Shown piece by piece: positions 6,176-11,878 of a DNA stretch of 11,878 nucleotides. Origin of the DNA: Candidatus Hadarchaeota archaeon (GTDB lineage Archaea > Hadarchaeota > Hadarchaeia > Hadarchaeales > Hadarchaeaceae); assembly GCA_040755315.1 (NCBI GenBank), contig JBFMBF010000030.1, forward strand, positions 1-11,878, read 5' to 3'. Below the pieces are notes generated by a model. The model did no database searches and had not been told where the DNA came from. It saw only the letters and a list, made by a program, of their open reading frames with translations. The position numbers and the translations under genes were made by a program. Position 1 is the stretch's first letter, and each line of letters begins with the position of its first letter.

Positions 6176-6421
6176 AACAGACTGGTATTGTTTACCTGGG
6201 AGCTTCGCGATAAGGCGAAATGCAAGCGCTGGTTCTACGTTAACCTGAAGCGTGTTTTGGGGGACCTTCCGCAGAAAAGTTGGGAAAAAGTGGGAGGTTC
6301 AGTATATCTCGTCGACGAACGTCACTCGCTTGACATCAGGGAAATTTTAAAACGCTTCGGAGGTCAAGAGCTGAAGTGGCGCGAATTCAAAATAGCATCC
6401 CACGGTTTTTCGCCGTCATGA
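6170..6421 (+). CDS. Small hypothetical protein, Cas2/VapD-like ferredoxin-fold candidate (83 aa)
   Basis: TATA and RBS upstream. The pattern LVLFTWEL...KRWFYVNLKR...WEKVGGSVYLV...IREILKRFG parallels the Cas2 pattern hhhYDI...R..h.K.L...G.RVQ.SVF. The fold call is by eye. Confidence 0.6.
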   Translation: MHNRLVLFTWELRDKAKCKRWFYVNLKRVLGDLPQKSWEKVGGSVYLVDERHSLDIREILKRFGGQELKWREFKIASHGFSPS

Positions 6422-6424
6422 ACA

Positions 6425-6440
6425 GTGCACGGCCGTGCAC
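6425..6440. repeat. Palindromic repeat copy 4 (16/16), 3 nt after the ORF stop codon
   Basis: TGA at 6419-6421, ACA, then GTGCACGGCCGTGCAC. Confidence 0.95.
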
Positions 6441-6445
6441 ACTTC

Positions 6446-6451
6446 AAAAAA
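6446..6451 (-). terminator. Possible oligo-T terminator of atpA-atpB
   Basis: T6 on the minus strand about 35 nt after the atpB stop. Confidence 0.35.
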
Positions 6452-6484
6452 CGTACCCCATGACAAAACCCGCGTGTTCCAAAG

Positions 6485-7882
6485 TTACGCGTGGCCCCCG
6501 CCGTTCTCTACTTTCAGGTACTTCTCCACCAGCTTTGGATCTATCCGCTTGAGTTCGGCTTTAGGCAGCGCCCCCAGCAGTTCCCACCCCAAGTTCAAAG
6601 TTGATTCAATTGGCCTGTCTTCATCCCGCCCCTGCCTGATGAACTCCTGCTCAAACCTGTCAGCAAACGCAAGATACCTCCTGTCCCTCTCCGTGAGCGC
6701 CTCCTCCCCAACGACCGCCACCAGCGCCCTGAGATCCCTGCCCTCGGCATAAGCCGCGTAAAGCTGGTTGGAAACGTCCACGTGGTCCTCGCGCGTGCGC
6801 CCAGCCCCGATACCGTCCTTCATCAGCCTGGAGAGCGACGGCAGGGGGTTGATCGGCGGGTAAATCCCCTTCCTGTGCAGCTCCCTGTCCATCACCAGCT
6901 GCCCTTCAGTGATGTAACCCGTGAGATCCGGGATGGGGTGTGTGATGTCGTCCCCCGGCATAGTCAGAATCGGCATCTGCGTCACAGAGCCCTTCTTCCC
7001 CCTGATCTTCCCAGCCCGCTCGTACATGGTCGCAAGGTCGGTGTACATGTAGCCTGGGTAGCCCCTCCTCCCCGGGACCTCCCCGCGCGCGGCCGAGACC
7101 TCCCTCAAAGCCTCGCAGTAGTTGGTCATGTCAGTGAGTATGACAAGGACATGCATCCCGTGGGTGTATGCAAAGTACTCGGCAGTGGTGAGGGCCAGCC
7201 TCGGGGTCATGATTCTCTCGATCGCCGGGTCGTTCGCCAAGTTTAGGAAGACCACCGCCCGCTCCAAGGCTCCCGTCCGCTCAAAGTCCCGGGTGAAGAA
7301 TGCCGCCTCCTCGTGGGTTATCCCCATCCCACAGAAAATCACGGCAAATTTTTCCTCCTCCCCGAGGACCTTCGCCTGCCTTGCAACCTGGGCCGCGATG
7401 GCATTGTGCGGCATGCCAGCGCCAGAAAAAATCGGCAGCTTCTGCCCCCTGATGAGTGTGTTCATGCCGTCTATGACGGAAATGCCAGTCTGGATGAACT
7501 CGCTCGGGTACTCCCGGGCAGCCGGGTTCAGAGGCGCCCCGTGAATGCTCCACTCCTCTTCAGCTATGGGTTTCGGCCCGCCATCAATGGGCGCCCCGCG
7601 CCCGCTGAAAATCCTCCCGAGCAGCTCCAGCCCAACGCCGAACTTCGTCGTCTCCCCTGTGAACCTGACCCTGGTCTGCGCCGTGTCTATGCCCCTGGTC
7701 CCCTCGTAGACCTGCACGACTGCGTGGTCCAGGTATGCGTCCAGCACCTCGCCGTGCTTGGTTTCCCCACCGGGCGTGACCACTTCCACGACCTCCCCGT
7801 AGGCCACCCCCCTCACGCCTTCGACAATCATCAGTGGTCCCGAGACCTCTGAAACTGTCAAGTACTCGCGGCTCTTCACCAC
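6485..7882 (-). CDS. atpB: A/V-type ATP synthase subunit B
   Basis: 465 aa. Motifs [48 protein letters not shown] and [21 protein letters not shown] start 1 nt after the atpA stop (alternative GTG 7879). Confidence 0.98.
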   Translation of the reverse strand: MVKSREYLTVSEVSGPLMIVEGVRGVAYGEVVEVVTPGGETKHGEVLDAYLDHAVVQVYEGTRGIDTAQTRVRFTGETTKFGVGLELLGRIFSGRGAPIDGGPKPIAEEEWSIHGAPLNPAAREYPSEFIQTGISVIDGMNTLIRGQKLPIFSGAGMPHNAIAAQVARQAKVLGEEEKFAVIFCGMGITHEEAAFFTRDFERTGALERAVVFLNLANDPAIERIMTPRLALTTAEYFAYTHGMHVLVILTDMTNYCEALREVSAARGEVPGRRGYPGYMYTDLATMYERAGKIRGKKGSVTQMPILTMPGDDITHPIPDLTGYITEGQLVMDRELHRKGIYPPINPLPSLSRLMKDGIGAGRTREDHVDVSNQLYAAYAEGRDLRALVAVVGEEALTERDRRYLAFADRFEQEFIRQGRDEDRPIESTLNLGWELLGALPKAELKRIDPKLVEKYLKVENGGGHA

Positions 7883-7883
7883 A

Positions 7884-9668
7884 TCACTCCCCGCGGCTGC
7901 CCCCTGCAGGCGCCTTCTTTGTCTTCAGTATCTCCTCAAACTCCTCTTTGAACTGTCGCTCCATCTTCCCCATCTCCCTGTCAAACTTCTCCGTCGGCAT
8001 CCTCTTCATCACGGCGATGGCCTCCTTGATTGGCAGCTTCTTTATCTCCTCCACCGGGACGCCTCGCTTCGCAGCATCAGTGGCGTTGCGGTAGAAACCA
8101 AGCGCCAGCTTCAGCATCCCAAGCTGTTTTTCCGCCGCGCAGTATGTGTCAACCTCATGGAACGCGAACTGCTGCAAAAAGTCCTCCCTCATCATCCTGG
8201 CCGACTCCAGCACAGCCCTGTCAGGCTCGGGAAGGGCGTCCGGCCCCACAAGCTTCACTATCTCCTCGAGCTCGGCCTCCTTCTGTAGCATGGCGACCGC
8301 CTCGTCTCGGAGCGGCTTCCAGTCCTCATTGAGCTTCTGCTTCCACCACGCCCTCACGTTGTCCACGTAAAGAGAGTAGCTCGTGAGCCAGTGGATGGCC
8401 GGGAAGTGGCGGCGGTCGGCCAGTCCGGTGTCCAGCGCCCAGAAGACCTTGACTATCCTGAGTGTATTTTGCGAGACGGGCTCCGAGAGGTCGCCTCCCG
8501 GTGGTGAGACTGCGCCCAGCACCGTCACTGAGCCTAGCCTCCTCTCGCTCCCCAGCGTCATCACCCTCCCTGCCCTCTCGTAAAACTCCGCGAGGCGCGA
8601 TGCCAGGTAGGCTGGGAAGCCCTCCTCCCCAGGCATCTCCTCGAGCCTCCCTGAAATTTCCCTCATGGCTTCCGCCCACCTCGAGGTGGAGTCCGCCATC
8701 AGCGCGACATTGTACCCCATGTCCCGGAAATACTCCGCGATTGTGATTCCAGTGTAGACGCTGGCTTCCCTGGCGGCCACCGGCATGTTGGAGGTGTTTG
8801 CAATCAGGGTAGTCCTCTCCATCAGGGACTCCCCAGTGCGCGGGTCCTTCAGCTGTGGAAAGTGGACGAGGACATCGCACATCTCATTCCCGCGCTCCCC
8901 GCAACCTATGTATGTCACCACCTCGGCGTCCGCCCACTTCGCGACCTGGTGCAGGAAAACAGTTTTTCCAGTCCCGAAGCCGCCCGGGATTGCTACAGTC
9001 CCTCCCTTGGCTATCGGGAAGAAGGTGTCGGCGACCCTTTGTCCAGTCAGAAGCGGCTCCTGCGGTTCAAGTTTTTCCTTGAACGGGCGCGCCCGGCGGA
9101 CTGGCCAGACCTGCATCATCTGAACGTCTCGTTTCCCGTCTGAGGTTTCTACAACCGCCACGGCATCTTCTACCTTGTGGGTGCCGTCCGAAACATCGAG
9201 AACCTTCCCCTTCACCCCCGGCGGCACCATCACCCGGTGCTCTATGAGCTTGCTCTCCTTCACAACCCCTAGAATGTCTCCATCGACGACATCCGCCCCC
9301 TTCTTGACCTTCGGGATGAAATCCCACTTTTTGTCTCGCGGGAGCGCGTTGGCGAAGACCCCACGCTTTATGGTGTCTCCTACTTTCGACTTGATGACAG
9401 TGAGAGGCCTCTGGGTCCCGTCGTAAATGGCTCCCACCAGTCCCGGGCCGAGCTCCACAGAAAGGGGCTTTCCAGTGCCCTCCACCTTCTCGCCGGGTTT
9501 TATCCCGGATGTCTCCTCATAAACTTGGATTGTCGCGCGGTCCTCCTTCAGGCCTATTATCTCCCCCATAAGCCCCTCCTCCCCCACCTTCACCAACTCG
9601 TACATCTCCGCGCCCTTCATCCCGTCAGCGATGACAACGGGGCCGGTTATCCTGAATATTTTCCCCAT
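7884..9668 (-). CDS. atpA: A/V-type ATP synthase catalytic subunit A
   Basis: 594 aa. Walker [32 protein letters not shown] and [20 protein letters not shown] at 9679-9674. No intein. Confidence 0.98.
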   Translation of the reverse strand: MGKIFRITGPVVIADGMKGAEMYELVKVGEEGLMGEIIGLKEDRATIQVYEETSGIKPGEKVEGTGKPLSVELGPGLVGAIYDGTQRPLTVIKSKVGDTIKRGVFANALPRDKKWDFIPKVKKGADVVDGDILGVVKESKLIEHRVMVPPGVKGKVLDVSDGTHKVEDAVAVVETSDGKRDVQMMQVWPVRRARPFKEKLEPQEPLLTGQRVADTFFPIAKGGTVAIPGGFGTGKTVFLHQVAKWADAEVVTYIGCGERGNEMCDVLVHFPQLKDPRTGESLMERTTLIANTSNMPVAAREASVYTGITIAEYFRDMGYNVALMADSTSRWAEAMREISGRLEEMPGEEGFPAYLASRLAEFYERAGRVMTLGSERRLGSVTVLGAVSPPGGDLSEPVSQNTLRIVKVFWALDTGLADRRHFPAIHWLTSYSLYVDNVRAWWKQKLNEDWKPLRDEAVAMLQKEAELEEIVKLVGPDALPEPDRAVLESARMMREDFLQQFAFHEVDTYCAAEKQLGMLKLALGFYRNATDAAKRGVPVEEIKKLPIKEAIAVMKRMPTEKFDREMGKMERQFKEEFEEILKTKKAPAGGSRGE

Positions 9669-9700
9669 TCAGACCCTCCAGCTATGATAGGCAGTTCTTC

Positions 9701-9714
9701 TTTTATGTATATAT
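9701..9714. promoter_or_regulatory. Bidirectional TATA element between atpA and atpH
   Basis: TTTTATGTATATAT in the middle of an 89-bp head-to-head gap. The TATATAT centre is about 43 and 47 nt from the two ATGs. Confidence 0.6.
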
Positions 9715-9757
9715 CTCGCTATCTTATTCAGCCGGTCGGAAAGCCAGAGGTGATCGA

Positions 9758-10069
9758 ATGGAAGACCTGAAAGCGATCTTCGAAGCCGAGAAAAAGGCGA
9801 AGGCCACAGTTGAAGGCGCCAAAGAACAGGCCCAGGCGATACTTGTAAAATCTAGGAAGGAGGCCGAACAGATAAAAGAGAAGTCAAAGTCAGAAAGCCA
9901 CGCCAAGCACCAGAAGCTTGTAAACGACTCCATAGCCAAGGCCGAGGCAGATGTTCAGAATGAGCTCGCGGAAGCGAGGAAGAGAGACCAGCTAAGGGAC
10001 AAGCGGCTTGAAATGAGGAAGAAGAAGGCCACGAAGCTTGTCGTGGATTCAGTGGCGCGGGTGGGTTGA
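9758..10069 (+). CDS. atpH: A-type ATP synthase subunit H (peripheral stalk)
   Basis: 103 aa charged coiled coil (LKAIFEAEKKAKATVEGAKEQA). RBS GAGGTGA at 9747-9753. Directly upstream of atpI with a TGATG overlap. Confidence 0.85.
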   Translation: MEDLKAIFEAEKKAKATVEGAKEQAQAILVKSRKEAEQIKEKSKSESHAKHQKLVNDSIAKAEADVQNELAEARKRDQLRDKRLEMRKKKATKLVVDSVARVG

Positions 10070-11878
10070 TGTTCAAGCCCGCAAAGATGAAAAAGGCCCA
10101 AACAGTTGTTCTCCAAAGTTACAGGGACGACGTCGTGTCCCGGCTTCACGAGATGGGAGTTATCCATCTAAAGGAAACGACTCACCCAGACTTCATCAAG
10201 AAGGCTGCGGGCGATGATTTTTACAAGGTTTCCAACCTCCTCTCAAGGCTCGGGGAAGCCCAATCAACACTTGGCAAAATGAAGCCAAAGCGCCCCATCG
10301 CTGTAAAAGAACATTCCCACGAGAAGATGGTCGGCAGCGTGGAAAGTCTGCTGGAGAAGATGGAGCCAAAACTTGAAGCTGTAGCGAAGAGGCGCTTGGA
10401 AATAACGAATGAGCGCCAGAAGCTGCAGGGGCAGATAGAGGCCCTCCGCGACTTCATTGAGATAAAGTTCCCGCTGAGATATCTCCAGCCAACAGAGGAA
10501 TTTTACATCGCAGCAGGCCGGATTGTTGCGGAAAATGTGAAGGAGTTCACCGCCGCCTCGGAAGAAGCCCTGCAGTCTCGAGTTTTCGTGAAGGTTCTGG
10601 GCAGGGGCGACAAAAGGACGGTCGTGGTGGCGTGCAGAAGAAAAGACCAGCCCAAGCTGGCCCCGCTCATTTACAGGTTCGGTGTGGAACTGCTTGAGCT
10701 ACCGCAAACCTCGGCGGTGCCCACGAGGGCGATGGCAGATCTCTTAAAGCAGGTCGGGGCGCTTGACGGCAAGCTGGCTGAAGTACAGAAAGATGTGGAA
10801 AAAATGTCCAAAAAATGGGGTCTGGAAGTCGTGCGGTGGGCGGAGATTTTGGGTATCTACAAGGAGCGGCTGGTCGCCTGTTCAAACTTCGGCTACAGTG
10901 AGTCAGCCGTCCTCATGGAAGGCTGGGTGCCAGAGAAAAGCGTGGGGAAATTGGAGGGCGCGCTTGCGGTCGCCACAAATGGCAGGTTCCTCTTCCAGGC
11001 GTCGGATGTCCCAAAAGAAGAGGTCGAGAACGTACCGACAAAGCTTGAGAACCCGCCGCTGGTGAAGGATTTTGAGCCCATAGCTGAAATGTACGGGATA
11101 CCTTCGCCCACGGAGGCCGACCCGACGCCAACCATAGCCGTGACATTCCCTATCTTTTTTGGCATAACTCTCGGCGATGTTGGTTATGGGGCGCTGCTTT
11201 CGTTAGTCATGATTTCTGGCTTTTGGATAGGAAAAGTGTTCCCTCGAAACTGGAGGACAATCCTAGCAGTGTCAGGGATTATGGGGATAGTTTTTGGAGT
11301 TTTGACGGGCGGCTTGTTTGGCCCGAACATCCCTGCTCTCTGGTCCGACCCGATAAAAAATCCAGTTTCGCTATTGAAGCTCTCCATATTCATCGGGATA
11401 CTGCACTTATTCATAGCCTTTGCCTTGGTCAAAGTCATTAAGGATGTGTTCAGAAGGGAGTGGAAGAGAGTCTTCTTGGAGGACATCGCGCGCGCTTTAG
11501 TCATAATCGGATTTTTCGGGCTTGGGTTCTGCATTCTGGGAATAAGCCTGAGAACATTCGGGGTCGACTTCACCTTCCCCAAGATGGCGCTCGCCGACGC
11601 CTTCAACCCGCTTGTCCCGGCATCCACCCTTGTTGTGATTCTCAGGGCCATGTTTTATGTCGGACTCTTGGGAGGTGTTGTCGGGGCAATAATCATATCA
11701 AAGGAGGCGCGCGCGAAATTCAGCGGCTCTATAAATGCAGTCTATGGGATAGTCGGACTCATCGCGGACGTCACATCCTACAGCAGGTTGATGGCCCTTG
11801 GTGTTTCCACCACCGTCATAGCCTATCTCTTGAACCTCATCCTCGGCATGGCGTTTGATGGGATGGTGAGACCAAACC
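10069..11878 (+). CDS. atpI: A/V-type ATP synthase subunit I (subunit a), 3'-truncated by the window
   Basis: Absent from the ORF track because no stop codon falls in the window. Translated by hand: MFKPAKMKKA...LHEMGVIHL, EGWVP, VPTKLENPP...YGIP...DPTP...FPIFFGITLGDVGYG, and DVTSYSRLMALG with the essential Arg at 11785-11787. Confidence 0.96.
   Translation, partial: MFKPAKMKKAQTVVLQSYRDDVVSRLHEMGVIHLKETTHPDFIKKAAGDDFYKVSNLLSRLGEAQSTLGKMKPKRPIAVKEHSHEKMVGSVESLLEKMEPKLEAVAKRRLEITNERQKLQGQIEALRDFIEIKFPLRYLQPTEEFYIAAGRIVAENVKEFTAASEEALQSRVFVKVLGRGDKRTVVVACRRKDQPKLAPLIYRFGVELLELPQTSAVPTRAMADLLKQVGALDGKLAEVQKDVEKMSKKWGLEVVRWAEILGIYKERLVACSNFGYSESAVLMEGWVPEKSVGKLEGALAVATNGRFLFQASDVPKEEVENVPTKLENPPLVKDFEPIAEMYGIPSPTEADPTPTIAVTFPIFFGITLGDVGYGALLSLVMISGFWIGKVFPRNWRTILAVSGIMGIVFGVLTGGLFGPNIPALWSDPIKNPVSLLKLSIFIGILHLFIAFALVKVIKDVFRREWKRVFLEDIARALVIIGFFGLGFCILGISLRTFGVDFTFPKMALADAFNPLVPASTLVVILRAMFYVGLLGGVVGAIIISKEARAKFSGSINAVYGIVGLIADVTSYSRLMALGVSTTVIAYLLNLILGMAFDGMVRPN

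Noticed and set aside
6001..6440. CRISPR array
   Set aside because: Repeats are only 16 bp, intervening segments are 76, 51 and 249 nt (one is a gene), and there is no cas1 in the window. Not a canonical array.
7884..9668. Intein in AtpA
   Set aside because: 594 aa is normal length and the sequence after GKT is uninterrupted.

Overview
Archaeal chromosomal window (TATA promoters, GGAGGTG-type RBSs, archaeal-type proteins; GC-rich genes with AT-richer intergenic spacers). It is mostly housekeeping: alaS (-), a small 2-TM membrane gene (+), a stand-alone rpl12/P1 (-), endA (+) convergent with trpS (-), and A-type ATP synthase genes split into divergent atpA-atpB (-) and atpH-atpI (+, truncated by the window end). 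The most interesting signals are in the intergenic DNA and are not in the ORF track. (1) A near-textbook box C/D guide sRNA at 5894-5954 with its own TATA box, whose D-guide fits C34 of tRNA-Leu(CAA). (2) Four copies of a nested palindrome GTGCAC-GGCC-GTGCAC (6001-6440), two of which bracket a small Cas2/VapD-like ORF exactly at its start and stop. (3) A ~120-nt minus-strand structured RNA candidate (3900-4019) with a 20-bp G-U-containing terminal stem, variant C/D boxes and an anti-Shine-Dalgarno-identical octamer. A possible transposase N-terminus runs off the left edge. Family and target assignments come from motif recognition and recalled sequences, not database searches.
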